Shown: piece after piece, positions 40,181 through 48,855 of the stretch
Layout of the letters: each line of letters starts with the position of its first letter
Numbering within the stretch: the first letter of the stretch is position 1
NCBI GenBank assembly: GCA_964387675.1
Contig: CAYLWL010000004.1
Coordinates: forward strand, 1 to 61,814
Source of the DNA: an uncultured Candidatus Saccharibacteria bacterium
GTDB taxonomy: Bacteria; Patescibacteriota; Minisyncoccia; UBA6257; 2-01-FULL-56-20
Reading direction: 5' to 3'
Length of the DNA stretch: 61,814 nucleotides
Notes under the pieces: model-generated
What the model saw: the letters and a program-made list of their open reading frames with translations, nothing else
Told to the model about the DNA's origin: nothing
Database searches by the model: none
Made by a program: the position numbers and the translations under genes

Positions 40181-41902
40181 TTATACATCTTCCGTCTCCC
40201 GTATCACCTCTTCCATCGAGACCTTTCCATCAAGGGCCTTGAGCACGCCGTCTTGGCGCAACGTTGACATTCCCTGGTTCTTGGCCTCTTTCAATATCTT
40301 TTGGATGGTAACTCCGCCGTTGATCGCTTCCTCGAGGACGGGCGTCATCATAAACACCTCGAAAAGCGCTTCGCGGCCGATCGTTCCCCGCCCCTTGCAC
40401 TTGCCGCAGCCCGCGCTTCGATATATCTTATATGGCTCCTTGTATTTGGAACGAACCTCTTCCGGCAAATCACCCAGCGCTTTTCTGATTAATTTATCAA
40501 CCGGGGGCGGCGCGTCGTCGGAACGCTTGCAGTCGGGGCATAGCATCCCGACCAATCGCTGGGAAACCATGAGATTCAAAGAAACCGGCAACAAGAACGG
40601 TTCCACCTTCATGTCGATAAGACGCGGGATAACGCCCGCGGCGTTATTCGTGTGCAAGGTCGAAAGGACGATGTGTCCCGTAAGCGCCGCTTGCACGGCG
40701 AGCGATGCGGTCTCGTTGTCGCGAATCTCGCCCACCATGATCGTATCGGGATCTTGCCGCAATATCTGCCGCAAGCCGGAGGCAAAATCATAACCGATCT
40801 CCGGCCGCACCTGCGACTGATTGACGCCAGAAATGAAATATTCCACCGGATCCTCCAAGCTCACGATATTCACGCTTTCCTTGTTCAACTCTTGGAGCAT
40901 GGCGTAGAGCGTGGTGGTCTTCCCCGATCCGGTGGGACCGGTTACCAGAATCATCCCGAATGGCTTTTCGAGGCCCTCCTTCACGATCTCCGCATTCTTG
41001 CCCACAATATCCAAGTCTTTGAAGTTCTTGATGCCTGTCGTCGGATCCAAAACTCTGATAGCTACTTTTTCTCCCAGCGGAGTCGGGAACGTAGAAACGC
41101 GGAAGTCGATGTCCTTATCGAACACCCTGGTCCGAAAACGGCCGTCTTGAGGAATCCTGGTTTCGTCTATTTTTAAGCTGGAAATAACTTTAACCCTCGA
41201 TATGACCGGCTGTGAAAGTTCCGTGGGGAGCGCGGCCACCTCTCGCAGATCCCCGTCAACCCGGAATCGTATCCGCAAATAATTTTCCTGCGGCTCGATG
41301 TGAATGTCGGATGCCCGTTCCAACACGGCCTCCCGCAAGGTGTTCGCGACGATTTTAATGATGGGGGCCTCTTCTGCCGCGCCTCCTTCTTCAAGGCGCA
41401 CGATTTTCTGCCCGCCCTCTCCTCGTTTCAAACTTAACGACCGAACCGCCGCCTCGACTTCCGTGCGATACGGAGAATATTTCCGAAGCGCCCCTTGCCA
41501 ATCGCCATATGAGATAAGGTACACCCCAAGATTCAATCTGCCTCGGCGGGCGATAAACTTCACCGCCTCCTGGGCTTTCGTGTCATCGGGATTTACCATT
41601 CCCACGACAAGCAAATTCTCTTTTTTTTCGAGAGGGGCGACTTCGTAGGTTCTTGCCGTTTCTTCCGGAATCAATTCCAACGTTTCGCTCGCGAGCGATT
41701 CCGCGTCGACTTTCTTGTACGGTATCTTGAGAGCCGCGCTTTTCACCTCGGCAACCTTGCGATCATCAACCAACCGCTGGTTCGCGATCAGCTGCTCGAC
41801 CGACTTGCCCGAAAGCAGCGACTCGCGCTTCAGCTTCGTCACAACGTCTTCGTCCAGGAGGCCTGCTTTCTGGATTTCTTTTAAAAGATCTTCGGAGGAC
41901 AT
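40181..41902 (-). CDS. pilB: Extension ATPase PilB (GspE family)
   Basis: ASDIHIEP, PQDGR, GPTGSGKTTT, LRQDPD, CPDC/CGKC zinc motif. Confidence 0.95.
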   Translation of the reverse strand: MSSEDLLKEIQKAGLLDEDVVTKLKRESLLSGKSVEQLIANQRLVDDRKVAEVKSAALKIPYKKVDAESLASETLELIPEETARTYEVAPLEKKENLLVVGMVNPDDTKAQEAVKFIARRGRLNLGVYLISYGDWQGALRKYSPYRTEVEAAVRSLSLKRGEGGQKIVRLEEGGAAEEAPIIKIVANTLREAVLERASDIHIEPQENYLRIRFRVDGDLREVAALPTELSQPVISRVKVISSLKIDETRIPQDGRFRTRVFDKDIDFRVSTFPTPLGEKVAIRVLDPTTGIKNFKDLDIVGKNAEIVKEGLEKPFGMILVTGPTGSGKTTTLYAMLQELNKESVNIVSLEDPVEYFISGVNQSQVRPEIGYDFASGLRQILRQDPDTIMVGEIRDNETASLAVQAALTGHIVLSTLHTNNAAGVIPRLIDMKVEPFLLPVSLNLMVSQRLVGMLCPDCKRSDDAPPPVDKLIRKALGDLPEEVRSKYKEPYKIYRSAGCGKCKGRGTIGREALFEVFMMTPVLEEAINGGVTIQKILKEAKNQGMSTLRQDGVLKALDGKVSMEEVIRETEDV

Positions 41903-41906
41903 AGGG

Positions 41907-41967
41907 TGTCACGCGTCATACATCAGGCATCAGGATTTCTTGACGCTTGATACTTGACGCTTGATGC
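41907..41967. repeat. Mirrored heptamer-period tract (CATCAGG arm / CTTGAYG arm)
   Basis: catcagg catcagg ... cttgacg cttgata cttgacg cttgatg. Confidence 0.7.
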
Positions 41968-42264
41968 TTAAGGACTGAACGGATTCGACTTTCCCGCGTT
42001 GCCCGGCCTGGGCGGAGTTACATATTGTTTGAGCGCTTGAAATTCCTCGCCGCTTATCACCTCTCCCGGATTCAGGTTGATACCGGCCAGAGGATCGATA
42101 CTTTTACCCTGAAGATTGGAAGGCACCACCACTTCTATGAGCTGGGGTTGCGCGAAGAAAATATAATAACCGGCAACCGCTATGATAAGAAGAATCAAAA
42201 ACCACATAATGATTCTCACCACCTTACTCGTCCCGTTTCCTCCTTCCTCAACGATAATAGCCAT
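41968..42264 (-). CDS. Small TM-anchored protein of the pil operon (PilP position)
   Basis: One TM, C-terminal GKSNPF; located between pilO and pilB. Confidence 0.7.
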   Translation of the reverse strand: MAIIVEEGGNGTSKVVRIIMWFLILLIIAVAGYYIFFAQPQLIEVVVPSNLQGKSIDPLAGINLNPGEVISGEEFQALKQYVTPPRPGNAGKSNPFSP

Positions 42265-42266
42265 AG

Positions 42267-42866
42267 TTATTGTTCCTGATGGTACGTTGCGACCGACACA
42301 TCGTACGCGTAAGGGGTTTGGACAAACTTGCCCCCCGATATCGCGCCCGGTTGAATAGACAAAGACCGGAGGTCGAAAACTCTCATATTCGTTTCTAGTC
42401 GGGCAAGAAACGTTTTCAGGTCTCCGTATGATCCCGCGAGCTTCATTTGGAAAACGGACGTGCCTATCGGCCGCGTGACAAGGCCGCCTCTTGTTTCTTC
42501 CGCGCTTTTGATTCTTTGCGCGCCGGCGCCGCCCGCGAGAGATACCGACTGCAAGCTCAATCCGCTGTTTTGAACCAATCCGTACAGTTGGGCGAGCGCT
42601 CCAACCGCGTCCTCTCCTTCGGGAAGAGCCAACGAAACTGCCTGTCTCAAGTCGCCCTGGCCGCGATAGTCGCTAATCAAACTCTGCACTTTTGTTATCG
42701 CTTGTTTTTCGCTATTCAACAAATTCTCCAAACTCAAACCTTCCGCTTTTAATTTTTGGGCATCCTCATATACCGGTTCAATAAAATCGAAATAGACGAT
42801 AATGGCCCCCACCAGGAATATCAAGCCCAAAATCATGCTAAGAAATCTTTTGGTTGTTTGCCTCAT
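42267..42866 (-). CDS. pilO: PilO-like alignment protein
   Basis: N-terminal TM, coiled coil, GSY..LK.FL..LE...R.FD motif. Confidence 0.8.
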   Translation of the reverse strand: MRQTTKRFLSMILGLIFLVGAIIVYFDFIEPVYEDAQKLKAEGLSLENLLNSEKQAITKVQSLISDYRGQGDLRQAVSLALPEGEDAVGALAQLYGLVQNSGLSLQSVSLAGGAGAQRIKSAEETRGGLVTRPIGTSVFQMKLAGSYGDLKTFLARLETNMRVFDLRSLSIQPGAISGGKFVQTPYAYDVSVATYHQEQ

Positions 42867-43441
42867 GGTTGTGTTGTCGTGGCGGCCGCAAGGCCGGAAC
42901 GGCTGAAATACCCTTCCTGAAACAGCAAGGTGGCCTCGAAACGCCAGACGCCCTCGGAAAAAGAAATATTGCCGGGAGCAACTCGCGCGACCTCCGGTTG
43001 CGATTGAAAAAGAACGAACTGCTGATTGATGTCGTCCATTGTCTTCGCAACGCCGCCCAGCGCGAGTTGGTTCGTTTGGGTGTTGAGGTTAAATTTATTA
43101 AAGTAAATATTCACCTGGGTATTCCTCTCGAGCGAGGAAAATAGCTGCGAAGAAAAAATATGTTTCGCGAGCGCCGTCTTCAAGTTATAGATTTGGGAAT
43201 AAAAGTTCACTATCCTTTTTTGATCCTCCGCCGGTATCTGCTGGCTGAAAACCGCGGCTTGACCCCGTAATTTCTGCAAATTGGAATTGAGATACACCGT
43301 ATAACCGAACGCAAGGCCGAAATAAATCACCAAACTGATAAAAAATATTGTTCCGGAGAACATCAAAACCTGACCGGCCCAACCGGGAGTTTTTGCCGGC
43401 TCGCGGCCAAGTTGTTCGATTACTTTTGGAGGTAGTGCCAT
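42863..43441 (-). CDS. PilN-like alignment protein
   Basis: N-terminal TM, ferredoxin-like tail; located between pilM and pilO. Confidence 0.7.
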   Translation of the reverse strand: MALPPKVIEQLGREPAKTPGWAGQVLMFSGTIFFISLVIYFGLAFGYTVYLNSNLQKLRGQAAVFSQQIPAEDQKRIVNFYSQIYNLKTALAKHIFSSQLFSSLERNTQVNIYFNKFNLNTQTNQLALGGVAKTMDDINQQFVLFQSQPEVARVAPGNISFSEGVWRFEATLLFQEGYFSRSGLAAATTTQP

Positions 43442-43445
43442 TTTG

Positions 43446-43515
43446 TGTCAGGTGTCAGGCGTCAGGTGTCAGGTATTTATATTTACTCTTGATACATGAC
43501 ACTTGATACTTGGCA
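43446..43515. repeat. Mirrored heptamer-period tract (TGTCAGG x4 / CTTGAYA x4)
   Basis: tgtcagg tgtcagg cgtcagg tgtcagg ... cttgata catgaca cttgata cttggca. Confidence 0.8.
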
Positions 43516-43519
43516 CTAA

Positions 43520-44608
43520 TTAAACGAATTCCCGAAGCGTAAGCCCCAACGCCACGCTCATAATCGGATTTAGTTCCGGGACGAACGGCTCTATCTCCGG
43601 GTTGTGCTCAAATTTAAGAAACGGGGAGGCCTTCACCGTCGTGATGCCAAGCTCGCGCTCGACGTACTTCGCAATACCAAGAAGGTTCGCGCCCCCTCCC
43701 GTAAGCATCGCTCTTTCCATTTTCCTCGCGGAGGGAAACTGCGCCTCATATTTATAGACCGCCTTTTTCACCTCATTAATTATAGCATCTAAAAACGGCA
43801 GCATTATTGTGGATAACTCATAGTTCGGACCAGTTCCCAACACGCCCCGTTCCCGCTTCAACTCCTCCGCCCGCAAAGGATTGATGCCCAAGCTTGAAGA
43901 CAGGGCTTGCGTCAACGAGAATCCCGCAAAATCACTCTGGACATCGAACTTTAGATCGCCGCCGTCCAGGAAGGCAATGTTGGTGGAGCGGCTGCCAATA
44001 TCAATGACAACTGTCGGCGTGGGGTCGGAACTGCCGAAGATTCTCGCCAAGCTCAAGCTTTCGATTTCGAGCGCCTTGAGGCGCAAGCCGGCTTCTTTGA
44101 AGATCGTTTGATACTTTTGAATGATTTCTTGAGGAACTGAAATCAAAAGTATTTGCTGCCGCTTAAACCCTTTCTCGTCTTGCGCCTCGCCCACTTTCAT
44201 CCAATCGAGAGCGACTTCCGAGAGGGGCTGCGGCACGTATTGCCGCGCTTGAAAAACAATCGCCTTCGAGAGATCGGATGGCGTCATTTCGGGGAAATCT
44301 ATAATGGTCGTGAAAGCGGAAAACGCGGGAATTGACGCGAAGGCGTCCGTTGTCTGCGGCTTCATTTCACGGAGAAGCGTTTTTAAGAACTCCTTTGCCT
44401 CCTTTTCGAACAGCTTTAAGTCGCTTGCCTGAAGGGCCTGATTGGCCCGCGCCAGATAACTCGACGATTCCAAAAAACCATAGTTCACCACTTCGGGGAG
44501 TTGCTTTCCTTGTTTCACTTCGACGACCTTGATCGAGGTCGTGCCGATATCAACTCCCAAGTACGACGGGAAAACGCTTTGCTTGAAAAGATTGAAGATA
44601 TTTGGCAT
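43520..44608 (-). CDS. pilM: Type IV pilus assembly protein PilM
   Basis: LGVDIGTTSIK, VIDIG...T, TGGGANL actin-like ATPase motifs. Confidence 0.93.
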   Translation of the reverse strand: MPNIFNLFKQSVFPSYLGVDIGTTSIKVVEVKQGKQLPEVVNYGFLESSSYLARANQALQASDLKLFEKEAKEFLKTLLREMKPQTTDAFASIPAFSAFTTIIDFPEMTPSDLSKAIVFQARQYVPQPLSEVALDWMKVGEAQDEKGFKRQQILLISVPQEIIQKYQTIFKEAGLRLKALEIESLSLARIFGSSDPTPTVVIDIGSRSTNIAFLDGGDLKFDVQSDFAGFSLTQALSSSLGINPLRAEELKRERGVLGTGPNYELSTIMLPFLDAIINEVKKAVYKYEAQFPSARKMERAMLTGGGANLLGIAKYVERELGITTVKASPFLKFEHNPEIEPFVPELNPIMSVALGLTLREFV

Positions 44609-44637
44609 CCTTGATAATTATAGCAGTAATGACATTT

Positions 44638-44907
44638 AGGCGCTCCGACCTCGTACGAAAACACGCTATCAATTTCCCCGGCGAGGAAATTGCGCTCTCT
44701 CTCGGCCTCGCTCGTCCTCCTGGCCTCTTTGAGGAAGCTCTCGCAGGCAACAAAAGCTTGGTATCTTTCGTAAGAAAGATTTTTGTTGCCGAGTGGCAAC
44801 GGGCAGTTTCCGCAGGAGAAACTGAACCGTGGTTCCGAAAAGAGGCCAGGAGGACACCATGCCCGCGAGGCCTCCGAGAAGGTTTTCTTAACGAGGTCGG
44901 AGCGCCT
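44638..44907. repeat. Nested-hairpin element C (270 bp) in the pilM/comF divergent region
   Basis: 17-bp perfect terminal inverted repeats AGGCGCTCCGACCTCGT/ACGAGGTCGGAGCGCCT; inner pairs CCTCCTGGCCTCTTT/AAAGAGGCCAGGAGG and GGCAACAAAA/TTTTGTTGCC; TTCCGCAGGAGAA loop. Confidence 0.78.
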
Positions 44908-44921
44908 CATCAAAAACGCGG

Positions 44922-45605
44922 ATGAATTCAATTCTCGACCTCATCTTCCCCTCTCTTTGCCTCAACTGCCGCAAAGGCGTGAAAGGCGGCGACGTTATCT
45001 GCGCGAGCTGTTTCTCCGCGATACCGCTCAACCAAACGCTCTTTTGCGGAACGTGCCGGGCGCGCCTCGCGGACAATAAAAAGATATGCCACAAGGACTC
45101 AAAGTTTATTCTCGGCAGTGCGGCGAATTACGATAACGATGCCGTAAAAAACCTGGTTCACGGATTGAAGTTTCGGTATTTGAGGTCAGCGGCTTCGCCC
45201 CTCGCCGAACTGCTTATCCGATACTTTATGGACCTCGGATTTTCGACGTTCAACTTTGTTGTGGTTCCCGTTCCCCTTTCGCGCGAACGGTTCCGCAAAC
45301 GGGGTTTCAACCAGTCCCTGCTCGTCGCCGAAATATTTTCCAAACATTTCGACTTGCCGATCGCCGCGGATGCCATTCTGCGAATCAAAAACACCAAGCC
45401 GCAGAGCGATACGAAAAATCTAGCGGAGCGAAGAGAAAACGTGAATGGCTGCTTCTCCGTAAAAAATCCCGAGGCGGCTTATGGCAAAAACATAATTTTA
45501 ATAGACGACGTCATCACCTCCGGCGCGACTGTATCGGAAGCGGTGTCGGCCTTAAAATCCGCCGGCGCAAAAAGAATAATAGTCCTTACGGTAACAAAGG
45601 CATAA
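44922..45605 (+). CDS. comF: Competence protein ComF
   Basis: FP..C..C zinc motifs, VPL...R...RGFNQS, LIDDV.TSGAT PRTase motif. Confidence 0.92.
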   Translation: MNSILDLIFPSLCLNCRKGVKGGDVICASCFSAIPLNQTLFCGTCRARLADNKKICHKDSKFILGSAANYDNDAVKNLVHGLKFRYLRSAASPLAELLIRYFMDLGFSTFNFVVVPVPLSRERFRKRGFNQSLLVAEIFSKHFDLPIAADAILRIKNTKPQSDTKNLAERRENVNGCFSVKNPEAAYGKNIILIDDVITSGATVSEAVSALKSAGAKRIIVLTVTKA

Positions 45606-45620
45606 ACATATAAACAAAGA

Positions 45621-45670
45621 AAAAATGTTCACATTATAAATGATTAGTCATTTATAATGTAAACATTTTT
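45621..45670. repeat. AT-rich hairpin P3 (23-bp arms, 1 mismatch)
   Basis: AAAAATGTTCACATTATAAATGA-TTAG-TCATTTATAATGTAAACATTTTT just after the comF stop. Confidence 0.85.
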
Positions 45671-45694
45671 GGGTAGGCGGAAAAAGCCGTGAAC

Positions 45695-45724
45695 TTGACT
45701 TTTTGTCGGGCACTATGCTACAAT
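45695..45724 (+). promoter_or_regulatory. Sigma70 promoter upstream of the tRNA-Leu region
   Basis: TTGACT-18nt-TACAAT with extended TG. Confidence 0.6.
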
Positions 45725-45842
45725 GATCATATATTCGAAAAACTCCTTTTCTGATTTACTCGTGAATACTTTTTCTGCCGAATAACTTTAATATTAGATT
45801 AGAAGGCCTTTCTGGTGGTAAGTTTGGTTTTACGCAACAACT

Positions 45843-45878
45843 GCCTCCGTGGCGAAACTGGAATACGCGCAGCGTTCA
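45843..45878 (+). pseudogene. tRNA-Leu 5' half (truncated in the anticodon after TTCA)
   Basis: GCCTCCG-TG-GCG-AAACTGGAATA-CGC-G-CAGCG-TTCA aligns position by position with the 5' half of the intact tRNA-Leu; no matching 3' half follows. Confidence 0.72.
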
Positions 45879-45929
45879 CCCTGTCACTAAAATTTGCGCC
45901 ATATCAATCTATACAAAGATAAAGGCTAT

Positions 45930-45984
45930 GCTGGGGTGGCGAAATTGGCAGACCTGCCTGCCGGTAGGCAGGCGCACTGGTTCA
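45930..45984 (+). pseudogene. tRNA-Leu 5' half interrupted by a 20-bp REP-like palindrome
   Basis: GCTGGGG-TG-GCG-AAATTGGCAGA-[CCTGCCTGCCGGTAGGCAGG]-CGC-A-CTGGT-TCA, then TCCCCAC. Confidence 0.7.
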
Positions 45985-46021
45985 TCCCCCACTTTTGGAA
46001 TAATATAATCAAGATATTAGG

Positions 46022-46103
46022 GGGCAGGTGGTGAAACTGGCAAACACGTACGCTTCAGGAGCGTATGCCGCGAGGCTTGAGGGTTCAAGTCCCTCCCTGC
46101 CCA
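46022..46103 (+). tRNA. tRNA-Leu(CAG)
   Basis: GGGCAGG/CCTGCCC acceptor stem, TACGC-TT CAG GA-GCGTA anticodon arm, long variable arm, GGTTCAAGTCC. Confidence 0.95.
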
Positions 46104-46136
46104 CCGAAGGAAGATCTCCCGCGGCACAAGTTAGAT

Positions 46137-46520
46137 ATGAAAACAATTTTAGTTGATGCAGTATACACATTTGTATCCGATACGGGAGTAATTTTCCAAG
46201 ATATGCTTGATTTACTGGAGAAATATCCAAACAAGAAGATAATCCTCACGAATGCAGATTACGATAAATATGAGCAATATGGTTTAAATAAGGTGCCGTA
46301 CGAAGTTTTTACTCTAAAGCATAACCCCGAAAAGACCGACCCAAAATATTACGAGAAAATGCTTGAACACTTTGGTTTAAAGAAAGATGATGTCATCTAT
46401 TTTGAACACGACGAGAACGCGGTGAAAAGTGCGCGGTCTTTGGGCATAAAAACCTATCACTACGACCCAGACAAAAAAGATATTGAGGCGCTGAAAACTT
46501 TTTTAATCGAAAACTTATAA
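46137..46520 (+). CDS. HAD-like hydrolase (short, degenerate motifs)
   Basis: ILVDAVYT, ILTNA, K.DP.YY, IYFEHD...V..A...GI; AT-rich relative to its flanks. Confidence 0.7.
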   Translation: MKTILVDAVYTFVSDTGVIFQDMLDLLEKYPNKKIILTNADYDKYEQYGLNKVPYEVFTLKHNPEKTDPKYYEKMLEHFGLKKDDVIYFEHDENAVKSARSLGIKTYHYDPDKKDIEALKTFLIENL

Positions 46521-46525
46521 ATAAT

Positions 46526-48358
46526 ATGGTCAATAAATCAGAACCTGGCCAACGGACGCAGATACGGCCGCCTTCAATTCCAAAACGCATGCCGCAAGCG
46601 CGGCCGCACCGTCCGCCTGCCGGGCGAAGAGGCCAGCAAGGCGGGCATTTTGCGCGCCCGATGGCAAGCGCGAGCCCCGCGGAAGAGTACAACGGCGTCG
46701 CGCCAGTTCGCTTTGTGCCGCTCGGCGGCCTCGAAGAAATCGGCCGCAACTGCATGTTCCTCGAATATAAAAATGAGATCGTCGTCATCGACGCCGGACT
46801 GCAATTCCCGGAAGAAGGCACGCCGGGGATAGACTTCATCATCCCGAACACAGCGTACCTCGAGCAAAAAAAACAGAACATCCACGCCCTGATCGTCACG
46901 CACGCCCACTATGACCACATCGGCGCGATCCCCTATATTATGGCGAAGCTCGGCAATCCTCCGATTTACACTTCGGCCCTCTCCGCCGCGATTATCAGAA
47001 AACGGCAGGAGGACTTTCCGAACGCGCCGAAGCTCGACATCCAAATCGTAAAGCCGCGGGATATTGTGAAGATTTCCAACAATTTCGAAGCGGAGTTCTT
47101 TATGATCGAACACACCATCCCCGACTCGCTCGGCGTGCTCATTAAAAATCCCGCCGGGAACTTTGTGAGTCTTGGCGACTTCAAAATAGAGTACGACGAA
47201 CACGGCAAGGCATATAATCTCGCCGAACTCGAGCGGATCGGCAAGATGGGCGTGCACGTGTTCGCGACGGACAGCACGAACGCGGACATCCTTGAACGGT
47301 CGCCATCGGAGAGGATCGTCGAAAAAAACCTCGAGGAGCTCTTTACGAAAGCGCAGGGGCGCATCATCGTCGCGATGTTCGCCTCCGTGATCACCCGCAT
47401 TGCCGAGGCCATTAAAATCGCGGAAAAACTCGGCAGGAAAGTTTCTCTTGCCGGCTATTCGATGAAAGCGAACGTGGAAATCGCCCGCAACCTTGGCTTC
47501 ATCAAGGCGAAGGAGGGAACGATCATTCCCAACGAAGAGGTCCATAAATACCGCGACGACAAAGTGCTTATCATTTCGACCGGAGCCCAGGGAGAATCGA
47601 ACGCGAACTTGATGAAGATTTTGACCGGCGAGCATCGGTTCCTCAAAATCAAGCAGGGTGATACGGTGGTGTTGTCGTCTTCTGTCATTCCGGGCAACGA
47701 ACGGAGCGTGCAGGCGATCAAAGACGACCTCGCGCGGCAAGGCGCCGTCATCTTCCATTCGAACATCGTGGACATCCACTCTTCCGGCCACGCGGCAAAA
47801 GACGACCTCCAGCTCGCGATGCGCCTCTTGAACCCAAAATACCTCGTGCCGGTGCACGGCTACTACTACAAGCGGTTCATCAACGCGCAAAACGGCATCG
47901 AGATCGGCATCCCGAAACAAAATATCTTTTTGATGGACAACGGCCAAGTCGCGGAATTCACCGGGGATTCTTTCCGCGTTACGAACGAAAACGTGCCCGC
48001 GTCGTATGTGATGGTGGACGGACTCGGCGTCGGCGACGTCGAAGAAGTCGTGATCCGCGACCGCCGCACGCTTGCCGCGGAAGGCATGATCGTAATCATC
48101 GTCACCGTGGATCGCGACAAGGGGAAACTGCTCAAGAGTCCCGATATCATTTCCCGCGGATTCATTTATCTCAAAGAAAGCCAGGAGATGCTCGACGAAA
48201 TCAGAAAGCGCTTGCGCGCTTTGATTTCCCGCTTGCCGACCTATCAGCCGGTGGAAGCGGATTACCTAAAAACTCTTATTCGGGATCAGATCGGCCAGTT
48301 TGTGTATACCAAAACAAAGCGCCGGCCGATGATTCTTCCTGTTATTATAGAAATATGA
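46526..48358 (+). CDS. rnj: Ribonuclease J
   Basis: PLGGLEEIGRN, THAHYDHIG, GAQGE, HSSGHA; Pro/Arg-rich N-terminal extension of about 55 aa. Confidence 0.96.
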   Translation: MVNKSEPGQRTQIRPPSIPKRMPQARPHRPPAGRRGQQGGHFARPMASASPAEEYNGVAPVRFVPLGGLEEIGRNCMFLEYKNEIVVIDAGLQFPEEGTPGIDFIIPNTAYLEQKKQNIHALIVTHAHYDHIGAIPYIMAKLGNPPIYTSALSAAIIRKRQEDFPNAPKLDIQIVKPRDIVKISNNFEAEFFMIEHTIPDSLGVLIKNPAGNFVSLGDFKIEYDEHGKAYNLAELERIGKMGVHVFATDSTNADILERSPSERIVEKNLEELFTKAQGRIIVAMFASVITRIAEAIKIAEKLGRKVSLAGYSMKANVEIARNLGFIKAKEGTIIPNEEVHKYRDDKVLIISTGAQGESNANLMKILTGEHRFLKIKQGDTVVLSSSVIPGNERSVQAIKDDLARQGAVIFHSNIVDIHSSGHAAKDDLQLAMRLLNPKYLVPVHGYYYKRFINAQNGIEIGIPKQNIFLMDNGQVAEFTGDSFRVTNENVPASYVMVDGLGVGDVEEVVIRDRRTLAAEGMIVIIVTVDRDKGKLLKSPDIISRGFIYLKESQEMLDEIRKRLRALISRLPTYQPVEADYLKTLIRDQIGQFVYTKTKRRPMILPVIIEI

Positions 48359-48465
48359 AGCAGAATCACTCCGCATAGTCGCAACAAGCGACTCATCGGA
48401 GCGATTCTTGCTGTGATTATCGAAATCTAAGAATATTCCGGAGTATTCTCTCGTGTCTCAAATTG

Positions 48466-48501
48466 TTTCCGTTATAACATAATATTATGTTATAACGGAA
48501 A
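48466..48501. repeat. Palindrome family P2, copy 2 (perfect 36 bp)
   Basis: TTTCCGTTATAACATAAT|ATTATGTTATAACGGAAA, identical to 6048-6083. Confidence 0.95.
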
Positions 48502-48545
48502 TGTTTCGCGGGAAGCAAGAGGTGGCAGGAGATAGAAAGAAAATG

Positions 48546-48579
48546 GAAAGAAAAACGGCGGCTGCGGGGAGCCGCCGTT
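48546..48579 (-). terminator. Rho-independent terminator (ClpP-like gene side)
   Basis: AACGGCGGCT/AGCCGCCGTT stem followed by TTTCTTTCC on the minus strand. Confidence 0.65.
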
Positions 48580-48583
48580 CTGA

Positions 48584-48855
48584 AGAACCCATCTCGAAAA
48601 TACCTCCAGCTCGCGTTGCGAGAGATTTTCTTGTATCCGCAAGGCGCGGCGAGGAAGCCGTAGCAGTAGCTACGGCGAGGAAGCCGCAACGCGGCGAGAC
48701 AAGAAAATCGCCGCAACCCGAATGGGATATGGCCAATTTCAGCAATGCCTGTGTCGCTTCGGACTCGGAGCGCACTAAGCGCGCCTTCGTCCTTGCTCCT
48801 TGGCCTTGCGGAAATTGGCTCATATCGCGAGCGGAGGTATTTTGAGACGGGTTCT
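48584..48855. mobile_element. MITE-like element family A, copy 2 (272 bp, inverted)
   Basis: AGAACCCATCTCGAAAATACCTCC ... GGAGGTATTTTGAGACGGGTTCT; shares GAGCCAATTTC, CTCCGAGTCCGAAGCGACACAG and GAAATTGGCC.TATCCC blocks with 26346-26619. Confidence 0.8.

Noticed and set aside
45843-46021. Group I intron-containing tRNA-Leu
   Set aside because: The 5' exons would end in A rather than U, the intervening 37-51 nt is far too short for a ribozyme core, and no matching 3' exon follows.
46574-47947. 457-aa minus-strand ORF and similar long ORFs (6460..7320, 13111..14154, 18901..19788, 19070..20062, 29831..30883, 58351..59343)
   Set aside because: Antisense shadows of well-supported genes (rnj, the sigma54 activator, Clp ATPase, P-type ATPase, ligA, argS) with no recognisable motifs.
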